Assembly: GCA_021731405.1 (NCBI GenBank)
Contig: JAKFXN010000001.1
Coordinates: 29,857-93,856, forward strand
Length of the DNA stretch: 64,000 nt
Direction: 5' to 3'
Origin: Candidatus Parcubacteria bacterium
Lineage (GTDB): Bacteria; Patescibacteriota; Minisyncoccia; Phycocordibacterales; UBA918
Part shown: positions 8,528-18,658 of the stretch, piece by piece
Layout of the letters: each line of letters starts with the position of its first letter
How positions within the stretch are numbered: the stretch's first letter is position 1
Made by a program: the position numbers and the translations under genes
Notes under the pieces: model-generated
Databases searched by the model: none
Told to the model about the DNA's origin: nothing
Seen by the model: only the letters and a program-made list of their open reading frames with translations

Positions 8528-11500
8528 TTACGCAACCACCTTAATCGCCTTCATGATAGCCATCTTAACTGCTGAAGCCTCGTCATTGTATGCACCATCA
8601 AGTGCGCCAGTGAGAGCTTCGATCATTTTAAGAATTTGCTCATTTGTAAGAGTCGCTGTTTCCTTCATAAGAAGTTCAGAGGCCTTAGCTTCGATACCAC
8701 GACGGATACGGTACACCGCGTCTAGGTCAGCAGCTGCGTCAGCTAGTGCAAACATTGGACGATTACCAATGAGTTCGTACGCAGCAACCACATTACCAGT
8801 TACAATCGCTTCAGCGAGAGAACCAGCACCTTGTGGTACTACAGCCGGAATGTAAGTAGACTCTACTGCCTTTTGTGCATTTACCGCGCAAACAACACAG
8901 AGTTCTTGCATCCGCTTTTCGTTAAGTACTACCCACCCGTCTTCTGCTGGAAACTGTGCCTTGGCAGCTACAATCACTTGATCAAGAGCGATAGTTCGCT
9001 CTGTTGTAGTGTTTGTAGTAGCGATAAAGTGACGAATAGCATCACTTGAAAGTAGTACGTGCTGTGCATGAGCATGATTTTCAATCATGGTCATTTCACT
9101 ATCATTGATTTGATGAGAAGCAACTTCAGTTACCGCCTCGTCTTCAACATGATTTACGTATCCTACCGCTGGCGTACCAGTTGGTAGATTTGTTGGCAAA
9201 GTTGAGATTGGCATTTCTGGTGCCTTTACACTTGCTACAAATACATCTGGTCGAACCTGTTCAGGAATAAAACGTGTACTTGGTTCTACTGCAGTACGTG
9301 CAAACGTAAGTCCGCCTAATGCATCTCGCTTGATTACAAGGAGGTATGCAACATAGAGGGCCCATGCCATAAGTAATGCGTAGAACAAAAGAGTCAAGAT
9401 TGGTCCAGCTTCAAATCCAGTGTACGGCACTTGAGTAAGTGCAATTCCGGCTACAAGCGGCTGGTCACGAACCTCTGTAATAACAATGTTGTCATCCATC
9501 TCAACATCAACTGTACACTTTCGTGTGGTTGAACCACGCTTCACTGTTAGAACATAAGTCGTATCTTCTTCTGGAGAAACGGTAATTTTTCCATCAAGAA
9601 GTCGATCCTTTGCTGCCTTCAAGAGTCCAGAAGTTGTCACGAGTGTTACGTCCTCTGTTTCATCAACAAGAGTAATATCAGTTGCTCGTGTACTTTCCCA
9701 TGTAAGTACTACCTTGTCTCCAGGATTAATTTTATTGTCAGAAATTGAAAGTTCACAACGTGGAGCAGATGAACCACCTCCGCCTCCACCTGTTCGTACT
9801 GTTACCGGTACTGGACAATTGATTGTCTCAGTTCCGTTTGATGCAGTAAGTGTGTAGGTAGTTGAATCAGTTGGAGACACTGTGGTTGAACCACTAAGGC
9901 CAGTAGCAGTGATTCCGTTATCAAACGAAACTGATGTTATGCCTGTTGTTGTCCAAGTAAGTGTTGATTCTCCACCACGTGTGATTGAGTTTGGATTTGC
10001 ACTGAGACTTACGTTTGCCGCACAAGTAAGCGGTGTTTGAACTGGAGGCTCAACCGGTACAGTCACCACACAACTATCTGAACTTGAAGCGTTTGCTGCA
10101 GTTAGGGTAAATGTCTGTGTTGCCGTAATACCGATGGTTGTAGAACCATTAAGTGCTACAGAACCAATAGTTGGAGCGATAGAAACGCCTGTTGCATTAG
10201 TAGTTGTCCAAGCAAGAGTAACGTTTCCACCTCCTACCGGAAGACTTGTTGGCGTAGCTGTTAGAGCTTCACACTTTGGAGCCTTCACATCTGGTTTTTC
10301 TGTAACCGCAATAGTTGCTGTACAAGTATCCTTTTGGTCACCTACGCCATACGCAGTAAGCGTGTATGTTGTAGTTGCAAGTGGAGTAATTGAACGAGTC
10401 CCTGAAGCTGTTGGTGTAACTTCTCCAAAACCTTGGTCAATAACGACTCGTGTTGCATTAGTAGTTGCCCAAGTAAGAGTAGCTGATTCGCCACGCTCAA
10501 TTGAAGTTGGTGATACAGTAAAGGCATCACAACTCGCTACTGGTACATGACAAGCCTTGTGAACTGACGTTTCAACAGTGTTACTGTAAGCCCAAGCGGT
10601 AAAGTTACTTAATTCGTAAGCTGTTGCTTTAGCAGTGTTTTTAATAATAGTGGTTGTATCACAGGCAAGGTTATCTTTAACCTTTCCTTTCCATACGATA
10701 GTACCTTCTTCACCTGGAGTGAGAGTATTTCCGTTCCAGTAAATGATCTTAGTAGCTGGTACATACACAGGAGTATTTCCATACCCAGCATTTAGATTTG
10801 GAGTATGAGTTTCACTGAGGTACGTGATGTTGGCATCATGAATATCAACAATCTTTACTCCACCGCCAGTACAATCTTTTGTACCAGTATTTTTAATCTT
10901 AATAGTATAGGTAAGTTCATCTCCTGGATTGGCTGTGGTTGATGAAACTGATTTTTCTAGAGTTAGCTCACAGTATTTAACTTCTTTTGGTACTACGGTG
11001 ATATTTGAATGACACTTTACTGTGTCTCCATTAGTACCTACAACAGTAAGTTCGTAGTTGGTGTTAGTCGTTAGCTGACCAGTATTTCTAGTTCCGTTAA
11101 GTGCTACTGCACCAAAACTCGAAAGGTTTGCTGTTGCAGCATTTTCAGTAGTCCAAGTTAGGTCTACTGATTCACCACTATTAATAGTTCGTGTTGCTGG
11201 TGCAAGGGTACACTTTGGTGCAAGTACTACTGGTGGTACACAAGTAACAATTACAGTTGGTTTACAACCAGGCTTTCCATCATGAGTTTCTGCAACAAGG
11301 GTGTAGGTAGTATTGGCTTGGATATTAGTATAGGTTCTTGAACCTGTATTACTCACCGTTTCCCCGTTAATCGTTACTTTAGAGTAACCACTAGTTGACC
11401 ATTCAAGAGTGATACTAGATCCCGCTGTAATAGTAGTAGCGGTAGTAGCGTAAAAGTTACAAGTTCTAAATGTATTGGTGTACGAACTTGATTGTGAAGA

Positions 11501-11959
11501 TGATGACCCTGATAGAGCCGGAATTGTAATTCCTGGAACGGTAAATGTAGGACTAGTGAATGTAGGTGTCGTAAACGTCGAATTATCTGAAAGTGACGGC
11601 ACCGTTAAAGCTGGCGTAGTCGCTTCAGGTACAGCGAGTTCCGGTGTCGAAACTGAAGGAACCTCAAGTACTGGTTCAACTACCTCAGGAACCACGATTA
11701 CTGGCTGAGTCAGGGTTGGAGCTGAAAGTGTTGGCGAACCAAAACTCGGCGTCGTCAGACCTGGAACCACAAGCTGGGCCATAGCCATATCTGGCGTAAG
11801 TACCGTGAGCTCGTTGTACGGATCGTAAGAACCGATATTGAGCGCTCCGAGGATAAACACAAAAAGCACCAATGCTGGTGTTATCTTTTTAAGAAAGTTT
11901 GTAACATTCATACTAAAAAATTTATAATTCATAATTTTTGTACTCCTACCTACACCCAT
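8528..11959 (-). CDS. Large membrane-spanning surface protein: N-terminal signal/anchor, Thr/Pro-rich linker, at least 6 Ig-like repeat domains (G-ES-TLTW-TTNAT...C pattern), a DUF11/CARDB-like domain, a VPYTG+TM+KRD segment, then a 290-aa C-terminal domain
   Basis: 1143 aa with repeated ~90-aa modules and a hydrophobic segment ILTLLFYALLMAWALYVAYLLV. Alternative starts are at 11932 and 11911 (MNVTNFLKK... signal-like). Confidence 0.75.
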   Translation of the reverse strand: MGVGRSTKIMNYKFFSMNVTNFLKKITPALVLFVFILGALNIGSYDPYNELTVLTPDMAMAQLVVPGLTTPSFGSPTLSAPTLTQPVIVVPEVVEPVLEVPSVSTPELAVPEATTPALTVPSLSDNSTFTTPTFTSPTFTVPGITIPALSGSSSSQSSSYTNTFRTCNFYATTATTITAGSSITLEWSTSGYSKVTINGETVSNTGSRTYTNIQANTTYTLVAETHDGKPGCKPTVIVTCVPPVVLAPKCTLAPATRTINSGESVDLTWTTENAATANLSSFGAVALNGTRNTGQLTTNTNYELTVVGTNGDTVKCHSNITVVPKEVKYCELTLEKSVSSTTANPGDELTYTIKIKNTGTKDCTGGGVKIVDIHDANITYLSETHTPNLNAGYGNTPVYVPATKIIYWNGNTLTPGEEGTIVWKGKVKDNLACDTTTIIKNTAKATAYELSNFTAWAYSNTVETSVHKACHVPVASCDAFTVSPTSIERGESATLTWATTNATRVVIDQGFGEVTPTASGTRSITPLATTTYTLTAYGVGDQKDTCTATIAVTEKPDVKAPKCEALTATPTSLPVGGGNVTLAWTTTNATGVSIAPTIGSVALNGSTTIGITATQTFTLTAANASSSDSCVVTVPVEPPVQTPLTCAANVSLSANPNSITRGGESTLTWTTTGITSVSFDNGITATGLSGSTTVSPTDSTTYTLTASNGTETINCPVPVTVRTGGGGGGSSAPRCELSISDNKINPGDKVVLTWESTRATDITLVDETEDVTLVTTSGLLKAAKDRLLDGKITVSPEEDTTYVLTVKRGSTTRKCTVDVEMDDNIVITEVRDQPLVAGIALTQVPYTGFEAGPILTLLFYALLMAWALYVAYLLVIKRDALGGLTFARTAVEPSTRFIPEQVRPDVFVASVKAPEMPISTLPTNLPTGTPAVGYVNHVEDEAVTEVASHQINDSEMTMIENHAHAQHVLLSSDAIRHFIATTNTTTERTIALDQVIVAAKAQFPAEDGWVVLNEKRMQELCVVCAVNAQKAVESTYIPAVVPQGAGSLAEAIVTGNVVAAYELIGNRPMFALADAAADLDAVYRIRRGIEAKASELLMKETATLTNEQILKMIEALTGALDGAYNDEASAVKMAIMKAIKVVA

Positions 11960-12129
11960 GTACGCAAGAGTATTTAAAGCTACGAATTTAAACGTAGTAA
12001 CAAGGAGCTAGAGAACGAGGACTTTCGTACGTTTGATTGTATTCTAATCAAAGCGTTTTGAGAACAATATTACGTAATATAATATATGATTATTTATGGT
12101 TTGTCAAGTTCTGGTCGCCAAAGGCGGCC

Positions 12130-12804
12130 TTAAAATAAAAGGGTCTCAATCAGTTCCGCCTCAACGATATAGCGGTCGTCTGTACTTCCAAAACTATTAC
12201 AGGTAGCAAGAAAAAGACGCTGTGTGTCGCCCGCAATTGGTACTGTCACATCAAGCGCATTCGCTCGATACACTTTGTCGACACGGTACGTAAATCGTCC
12301 TTCTATAGCTTCAATCACAATGGTGTCTCCCCATTTAAGGTTCTGAATACCATTAAAAGCTTGAAAGTTCTTATTTCGAACCGCTGGTAAGTAGCTTGAA
12401 TGACCTAAAATAAAGACTGTTCCGTCTTGTTCAAGTGTAGCTGAATCTGGATGTCGAACCACACCCTCAAGCAAGGAAGCATCAAGATCGGCTACATTTC
12501 GGGAGGTGGGGTTTAACACGGTGATAGTTCTATCAAGCGCTTCAATAGTCATAGTAAGCGGATAGACCGGAGTACTGATTTCTTCTGTCACTGTCAGTGG
12601 CAGGATTTCAGCTGCAGTTACATTTTCAGTAATTTCTTCTTCTACTAACTCTGGTTTTTCAACTTCTCGCACTAGCTCAGGCAAAAAGTCTAGCCACGCC
12701 AAAAGCGCATAACTGGCCAAAAAGACCACAAAAAACGCTACGAGAAAAGCAATTTTGCGTTTCAGCACAGCATCCACAAAATCCGTCCATGAGTGCACTT
12801 CCAT
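12130..12804 (-). CDS. Sortase family transpeptidase (membrane-anchored)
   Basis: N-terminal TM, His motif FILGHSSY, catalytic Cys motif LFLATCNSF (TLxTC-like) and conserved Arg DRYIVEAEL. Confidence 0.8.
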   Translation of the reverse strand: MEVHSWTDFVDAVLKRKIAFLVAFFVVFLASYALLAWLDFLPELVREVEKPELVEEEITENVTAAEILPLTVTEEISTPVYPLTMTIEALDRTITVLNPTSRNVADLDASLLEGVVRHPDSATLEQDGTVFILGHSSYLPAVRNKNFQAFNGIQNLKWGDTIVIEAIEGRFTYRVDKVYRANALDVTVPIAGDTQRLFLATCNSFGSTDDRYIVEAELIETLLF

Positions 12805-12911
12805 ATAGTTATAATAATAGCACGATTTAAGCTAAAAGTCAATATACCTTACCATTCCCCGTTCTTTGAGACAAAAATTGACAAGCTCCCCTGCTGTGGT
12901 AGTTTTTTTGT

Positions 12912-13967
12912 ATGAATAACGTCACAAGAGAGCGCAAGGAGAGCGTTTTGAAGTCACTCGCCCTCATAGGTCTATTAGGAGTAATACTTTTTATTGCATG
13001 GGTTTCAGTCCAAATTGTAGCTGTTTTCCCAACAGCGGTTTCTTCACTAGCCTCACTGGCTGATAGTGTCTATAACTATAATCCCCGTGGAGTTTCTGAT
13101 CTAAAGCTCCAACCGGTAGCAGAGAGTGTTGAGACTGGTGGTGAACTCAGTCTTGCGTGGGACAAACGCTTTGAAACTGGTACATACGCCTTCACCTTCT
13201 TGTGCGAAGAAGGACTTTCCGTAGAAATCAAAACTACCGAGAGTACTTTTGAAAATGCGGAGTGTGGAAAATCATATACACTCGGCACAGTAGATAATGC
13301 GCAAGTGCAGGTAAATTCAGAAAAGAAAGGTCAAGCACCATTTACGTACACAATTAGTTACTTCAAAAACAACGTCTACACTCCATCTTCACAAAGTTCA
13401 CAATCAATTTTGGTAACCAATAGCCGCTTCACTGAACCAGGACCAAATGTAAACGTGGTAAACGTCCCAGCACCAGAACCTGAAACCTCTACCGAAACAA
13501 CCACCGAGACTGCAGCTCCGGAAGTTGTCGTCGTAACTCCAGCACCAGTGGCTGCTGTAAAACCACAGCCAACGTATGAGTATGTGTATCAAGTACCTGT
13601 CTCAGATCCAAAGGGCTTCACTGATCTAAAAGTAACCTACTTAGGTATTGGTTCAAAAAATCGAAACGGCTCCTTTACAAACAGCGGCACGCTTAAGGAA
13701 GGAGTCGCTGGTGTAGTACAGTTCTCAGTTCAAAACATCGGCACAAAGACTTCAGACACATGGTCATTTGAAGCTGAACTGCCTGGAGGAACAGACTACA
13801 CTTCTCGCACACAAAATGCTCTCAAGCCTAACGAGCGAGCTATCTTTACTCTCACCTTCCCCGCTCTATCGAAAACCTCAGTTGAAACTTTCTCAGTCGA
13901 AGCTACAGTAACGGGTGACACCAACACCAAGAACGACACGTTCACTTCCACAACCATTGTTCTTTAA
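12912..13967 (+). CDS. Membrane-anchored secreted protein with a C-terminal CARDB/DUF11-like beta-sandwich domain
   Basis: N-terminal TM (LALIGLLGVILFIAWVSVQIVAVF), a Thr/Glu/Pro linker and a C-terminal segment VQFSVQNIGTKTSDTWSFEAELPGG...ERAIFTLTF. Confidence 0.6.
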   Translation: MNNVTRERKESVLKSLALIGLLGVILFIAWVSVQIVAVFPTAVSSLASLADSVYNYNPRGVSDLKLQPVAESVETGGELSLAWDKRFETGTYAFTFLCEEGLSVEIKTTESTFENAECGKSYTLGTVDNAQVQVNSEKKGQAPFTYTISYFKNNVYTPSSQSSQSILVTNSRFTEPGPNVNVVNVPAPEPETSTETTTETAAPEVVVVTPAPVAAVKPQPTYEYVYQVPVSDPKGFTDLKVTYLGIGSKNRNGSFTNSGTLKEGVAGVVQFSVQNIGTKTSDTWSFEAELPGGTDYTSRTQNALKPNERAIFTLTFPALSKTSVETFSVEATVTGDTNTKNDTFTSTTIVL

Positions 13968-13985
13968 TAATAGTTGCTCAAACAT

Positions 13986-14015
13986 AAAAAGGCGCACCGT
14001 ACGGTGCGCCTTTTT
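13986..14015. terminator. Bidirectional intrinsic terminator (AAAAAGGCGCACCGTACGGTGCGCCTTTTT) between convergent genes
   Basis: Perfect GC-rich palindrome with an A-run and a T-run. Confidence 0.85.
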
Positions 14016-14035
14016 ATATTTTCTGGTTCGAGATA

Positions 14036-16150
14036 TTAAAGATCCAGTGTCGCCATCTTTGCGTTACTTTGGATAAATGACTTTCGACTCGGAACGTCAG
14101 TACCCATCAAAACATCAAACACTCGATCAGCCAAGACAGCGTCTTCAATATTTACTTGTTTGAGAATTCTGAATTCTGGATTCATAGTTGTTTCTCCTAA
14201 TTCATCAGCATTCATTTCGCCCAGACCTTTGTATCGCTGGATACGCACTTTATTGGTCTTCTTTGCTACTTCTTCAGTCGCTCCTTCTTCTTCCCCTTCT
14301 TCTTCAGCCACATCTTCATTTTCTGATACCTCTACTCCCATACTCTTAAGCACGCTAAATTTTTCTTCATCATTAAAAGCATAGTGGAGTTCTTTTCCTC
14401 GTTGAATCTTATAAAGCGGTGGTTGAGCAATGTAGATAAATCCACCTTCAATCAAAGGCTTAAAATAACGGTAGAAGAGTGTTAGGAGTAGTGTACGAAT
14501 ATGAGCACCGTCGACGTCAGCATCAGTAGCAATAATAATCTTATGGTAACGAAGCTTACTGATATCAAACACATCACCAATCGCGGTACCAAGCGCGATC
14601 ACTACGTTTTTAATCTGCTCTGAAGCAAGCATCTTGTCGATACGAGCTCGTTCAACGTTCAGAATCTTTCCGCGAAGTGCCAGGATGGCCTGTGTTTTTC
14701 GGTCACGACCCATCTTAGCAGAGCCTCCCGCTGAGTCCCCCTCCACAATAAAGAGTTCTGAATCTTCTGCTCGCTTGCTCTGGCAGTCAGCCAGCTTACC
14801 TGGAAGGGACATACCTTCAAGCGCTCCTTTACGAAGTACACTATCTTTAGCTGCTTTGGCTGCTTTACGTGCCTTCACCGCAATCACGACTTTATTGATG
14901 ATAGCTTTGGCATCATCAGGATTTTCTTCAAGGTAATTGTTGAATGCTTCACCAAACACTGATTCAACAGCACCACGAGCCTCTACCGAACCAAGCTTGG
15001 CTTTTGTCTGCCCTTCAAATTGGATTTCAGGCATCTTCACTGAGACCACTGCCGTAATACCTTCAAGTACATCGTCTCCAGTAAAACCAGCGTCTTTATC
15101 TTTAACTGAAAAGAAGTTGTTCTTCTTTGCGTAGTTGTTGAGGGTACGAGTGAGTGCAGTTTTAAAACCAGTTATGTGAGTACCATGTTCTGGGTTGTAG
15201 ATGTTGTTAGCATAAGCACTAATACGCGCTGAGATATCATCGACGTATTGCACCGCCACCTCAACCGACATCACCGCTGCATCATAATCGTTTTTCTCAA
15301 CGTAAAAAATATTCTTATGGACTGGCTTCTGGTAGTGGTTGTTGAAAGCTACCAGAGAACGAAGTCCACCTTCAAAGTAAAAGTGCTGGTGTGGCACCTC
15401 TAGGTGTTCATCACTGAGGTATTGCTTACCTTTAAGACCATCGAGGAATTTCACAACCGCTTTGTCTGTTGAAGCATGAATTGAAGCTTCCTCTCCAGCT
15501 GCCAAACGGGCGTCAATAACTGAAATATGCATCGCTTTCACCAGGTACGCTTGTTGGCGGAGATGGTTTACCACTCGCTTATAGTCGTATGTTGTTTCTG
15601 GAAAGATACTGGCGTCTGCTTGGAAGGTCACAATAGTTCCCTTCAATTTTGAAGCGCCCATTTTCTTTACCTTGTACTTCGGCACACCAATTGCGTACTC
15701 TTGCATATGGTACGCACCGTCGCGGTGAACCTCTACAATTACATGTGATGAAAGAGCGTTCATTACAGACACACCTACACCATGGAGACCGCCAGATACT
15801 TTGTACCCAGATCCTTCACCTCCGAACTTACCGCCAGCATGGAGTACAGTAAGAATAGTCTCAAGCGCTGAGACTCCTGTTTGCTTATGCATGTCGACTG
15901 GAATACCACGACCATTATCGACGACACGAACATAGCCTCCTGGTAGAAGTGACACTTCTACTCGGTCAGCAAAACCACCCATGGCTTCATCGCGTGAGTT
16001 GTCGAACACTTCCCAAATAAGATGGTGAAGTCCATCAGGACCAGTGGTCCCAATATACATTCCCGGCCGCTTTCGTACTGGCTCAAGTCCTTCTAGGACC
16101 GAAATGGACGATGCGTCATAGTTGCTCTTTTTCTCTTTTTTTTCTGCCAT
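14036..16150 (-). CDS. gyrB: DNA gyrase subunit B
   Basis: GHKL ATPase motifs (EVFDNSRDEAMGG, GLHGVGVSVMNALS), TOPRIM (LFIVEGDSAGGSAKMGRDR) and a GyrB C-terminal domain. Confidence 0.93.
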   Translation of the reverse strand: MAEKKEKKSNYDASSISVLEGLEPVRKRPGMYIGTTGPDGLHHLIWEVFDNSRDEAMGGFADRVEVSLLPGGYVRVVDNGRGIPVDMHKQTGVSALETILTVLHAGGKFGGEGSGYKVSGGLHGVGVSVMNALSSHVIVEVHRDGAYHMQEYAIGVPKYKVKKMGASKLKGTIVTFQADASIFPETTYDYKRVVNHLRQQAYLVKAMHISVIDARLAAGEEASIHASTDKAVVKFLDGLKGKQYLSDEHLEVPHQHFYFEGGLRSLVAFNNHYQKPVHKNIFYVEKNDYDAAVMSVEVAVQYVDDISARISAYANNIYNPEHGTHITGFKTALTRTLNNYAKKNNFFSVKDKDAGFTGDDVLEGITAVVSVKMPEIQFEGQTKAKLGSVEARGAVESVFGEAFNNYLEENPDDAKAIINKVVIAVKARKAAKAAKDSVLRKGALEGMSLPGKLADCQSKRAEDSELFIVEGDSAGGSAKMGRDRKTQAILALRGKILNVERARIDKMLASEQIKNVVIALGTAIGDVFDISKLRYHKIIIATDADVDGAHIRTLLLTLFYRYFKPLIEGGFIYIAQPPLYKIQRGKELHYAFNDEEKFSVLKSMGVEVSENEDVAEEEGEEEGATEEVAKKTNKVRIQRYKGLGEMNADELGETTMNPEFRILKQVNIEDAVLADRVFDVLMGTDVPSRKSFIQSNAKMATLDL

Positions 16151-16229
16151 GCCGAATATTACTAACCCTTAAAAAATATACCCAAATTATAGCAGATTTT
16201 AGTCCCACTGTCTCCCCAACTTCCCAGAT

Positions 16230-16256
16230 AAAAACCGCCATTTCTGGCGGTTTTTT
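16230..16256. terminator. Intrinsic terminator (AAAAACCGCCATTTCTGGCGGTTTTTT)
   Basis: Hairpin with flanking A- and T-runs, downstream of the 16273..16674 gene and upstream of gyrB. Confidence 0.75.
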
Positions 16257-16272
16257 GACCACAAAGTAGTCC

Positions 16273-16674
16273 TCATGTACTCAGAAATGAGATGAGCGGT
16301 AGAGTGTTCGTGACAGTGGCACAAAAGGCCACCCACCCAACAACATCAGGGATTTTTCTTCTATCAATAAACCAGAGGGCAGATGCTTGCAAAGCGCCGA
16401 GCCAGGTGCCGATGACAAAAGCCATCATCAGGAAGAGAAAGCGTCCGCTCGAAACAATTGGACCAGAGCCGTAAAAAAGCAGTGAGGTTACCACAGCTGT
16501 TACCCACACGACCAAGAGCATGCTTCCTAGAGACCTGTCCTTTTTTACGTAGGAAAACAGTGCTGCTAAGGCCAGTCCGCCGAGGACACCATAACCACTT
16601 GGTGCAATGTCCTTCCACTCAAACACGTAATACAACAGCGCAAGTGCCACATTGTCCAGCGCAAAGAAACGCAT
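16273..16674 (-). CDS. Small integral membrane protein (4 predicted TM helices), function unknown
   Basis: 133 aa, strongly hydrophobic, with an ATG start and a terminator downstream. Confidence 0.5.
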   Translation of the reverse strand: MRFFALDNVALALLYYVFEWKDIAPSGYGVLGGLALAALFSYVKKDRSLGSMLLVVWVTAVVTSLLFYGSGPIVSSGRFLFLMMAFVIGTWLGALQASALWFIDRRKIPDVVGWVAFCATVTNTLPLISFLST

Positions 16675-16756
16675 GTCAGCCTCCGAATAATAGGTGTTAA
16701 AAAAAGAGCGACGACTTCACAGCCTACACTACACAAAAAACACCTTCTCGTAAAGA

Positions 16757-18658
16757 CTAGCGAGCTTCCCAGCCTTGGTTTGCAACCGTTTTATAGAGGT
16801 CATCCATGTGGATTTGTACCTCGCTATCAGTCAGGGTCTTTTCACTTGATTGGAACACTAGACGAAACGCGAGTGACATTTTGCCATCTTTACCAAAGGT
16901 ATCAACATGAGTAACACGTACGCACAGTGGACCGGCCTGGGCTTTCAAAAGTGCTGCTACGCTTTCGGCAGTAACTGCCTCTGGCACCCACATGGCAATA
17001 TCTCGACTAACTGCCGGATAGAGTGAAAATCCTTGGTAGGTAGTCTTTGGTGAAAGAGACGTTTTTTCATATGCAGTAACTTTTGGAAGATGTGTGAGCA
17101 TCTCATCAAGCGAAAATTCAACTATTCCATCTTCTTTGCTTATGAGAGTTATAGAAACTCCTAGGACAGCGGCTAGCGCAGCAAGGGCTTCATCAACAAG
17201 TGGGTCATCGGCCTTGGCTTTGTATGCTGTGCCTGTCTGCACTGCGAAAGCAACCCTAAACTCCTCACTCTCTGTTCCAAACACCGTTCCAATTTCAAAA
17301 ATTTTAACGGCTGGTAGACCAAGCAAATCACGGTGCGGGATGTTGAGAGTACGCGCTTCGCGAAGATTCTCTACTAGTGAGCTACGTAAGTAGCCCTTGT
17401 CGGTCGCAAGTGCGTTCTCAAGCTTTACCACATCCTTAGCTCTAAAACTGCTGGTATATACCTCAGAGAAACCAAGTGTCATTAGGGTCTCGCGAATTTT
17501 TTCAGAATAGTAGTGACGGACGTTTATTTCTGCAACAGCGCCCACTGTTGGAGGGACTGAGACAATATGTCCAAGTCCGTAGATGCGACCAATTTCTTCA
17601 ACAATATCTTCAGCGATAACAAGGTCATCACGCTCAAACGGTGGCGTAACCGTAATACTCTCTCCTGCAGTGGTATACGTATAAGCGAATCGGTTAAGAA
17701 TATCTTCAACATCACTCATTGAAAGAGTTACGCCAAGCAGTGAATTAATTTCAGCCAAGCGAACGGTTACCGGTAGACGTTCTACACTTCCGTCACCAAC
17801 GGCGGTCACGACTTCAGTCGTACCACCTGCTACCTCAAAAATGAGTTCCACCACCCGAGTAAGGGCTATTGGCGCGACAGCGCGGCAAATGCCATTCTCG
17901 TAGCGCTTAGAGGCATCAGTTTGAAGCTTTAGTGACTTGGCAGTCTTTCGAACCGCAAAGCGATCAAAGTGAGCCGATTCAATAATAATGTTTGAGGTAG
18001 CAGCATCAACCGCCGCTACTTTCCCTCCCTTAATGCCCGCGATACCAATAGCTACATCGTTTGTGCCGTCTACGATAAGAGCGTCTGTTGGTTGTAGAGA
18101 GTACTCTTCGCCCGTGAGTGTAGTAATTTTTTCTTCCGCTTTAGCATCACGCACAGTGATGTTGTGACCTCCTAGTTTATCAGCATCAAAAGCGTGGAGT
18201 GGTTGGCCAAGCTCAAACATGACGTAGTTAGTAGCGTCTACTATGTTATTGATAGAACGTTGACCGACAGCAGCTAGTCTTTCCTTAAGCCAGTCTGGGG
18301 AAGCTCCTACCTTAACACCGGTGATTAGTGCTGCACTATAAAAATCACAAGTGGCACTCGTAAGTTCAATCTTAATACCTGAATCCTTACTCAAGGTAAC
18401 AGGATTCAAAAACGGATCAGCCTTTAAGGTATTCTTTGTAATGACCGCAATCTCTTTGGCCATTCCCCGGTGGGACATTAGCCAAGCTGATTTATCAGGC
18501 AGCACCTTCACATCAAGTACTGTGTCCCCTCCTACCGCTATCAGTTCTTCAATCTCAGCCGAGTGGAATGTTATCAAATCACCCAACTCCGCCACAGGCG
18601 GCATTGGCTTTTCTAGCAGTGACCCTAACCAGTTATAAGAAAATTTCATAAGTTTCAA
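16757..18658 (-). CDS. pheT: Phenylalanine--tRNA ligase beta subunit (short form lacking the N-terminal OB tRNA-binding domain)
   Basis: MKFSYNWL... start, B3/B4 region (IVDATNYVMFELGQPLHAFD), B5 and a C-terminal FDX-ACB-like domain. Confidence 0.9.
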   Translation of the reverse strand: MKLMKFSYNWLGSLLEKPMPPVAELGDLITFHSAEIEELIAVGGDTVLDVKVLPDKSAWLMSHRGMAKEIAVITKNTLKADPFLNPVTLSKDSGIKIELTSATCDFYSAALITGVKVGASPDWLKERLAAVGQRSINNIVDATNYVMFELGQPLHAFDADKLGGHNITVRDAKAEEKITTLTGEEYSLQPTDALIVDGTNDVAIGIAGIKGGKVAAVDAATSNIIIESAHFDRFAVRKTAKSLKLQTDASKRYENGICRAVAPIALTRVVELIFEVAGGTTEVVTAVGDGSVERLPVTVRLAEINSLLGVTLSMSDVEDILNRFAYTYTTAGESITVTPPFERDDLVIAEDIVEEIGRIYGLGHIVSVPPTVGAVAEINVRHYYSEKIRETLMTLGFSEVYTSSFRAKDVVKLENALATDKGYLRSSLVENLREARTLNIPHRDLLGLPAVKIFEIGTVFGTESEEFRVAFAVQTGTAYKAKADDPLVDEALAALAAVLGVSITLISKEDGIVEFSLDEMLTHLPKVTAYEKTSLSPKTTYQGFSLYPAVSRDIAMWVPEAVTAESVAALLKAQAGPLCVRVTHVDTFGKDGKMSLAFRLVFQSSEKTLTDSEVQIHMDDLYKTVANQGWEAR

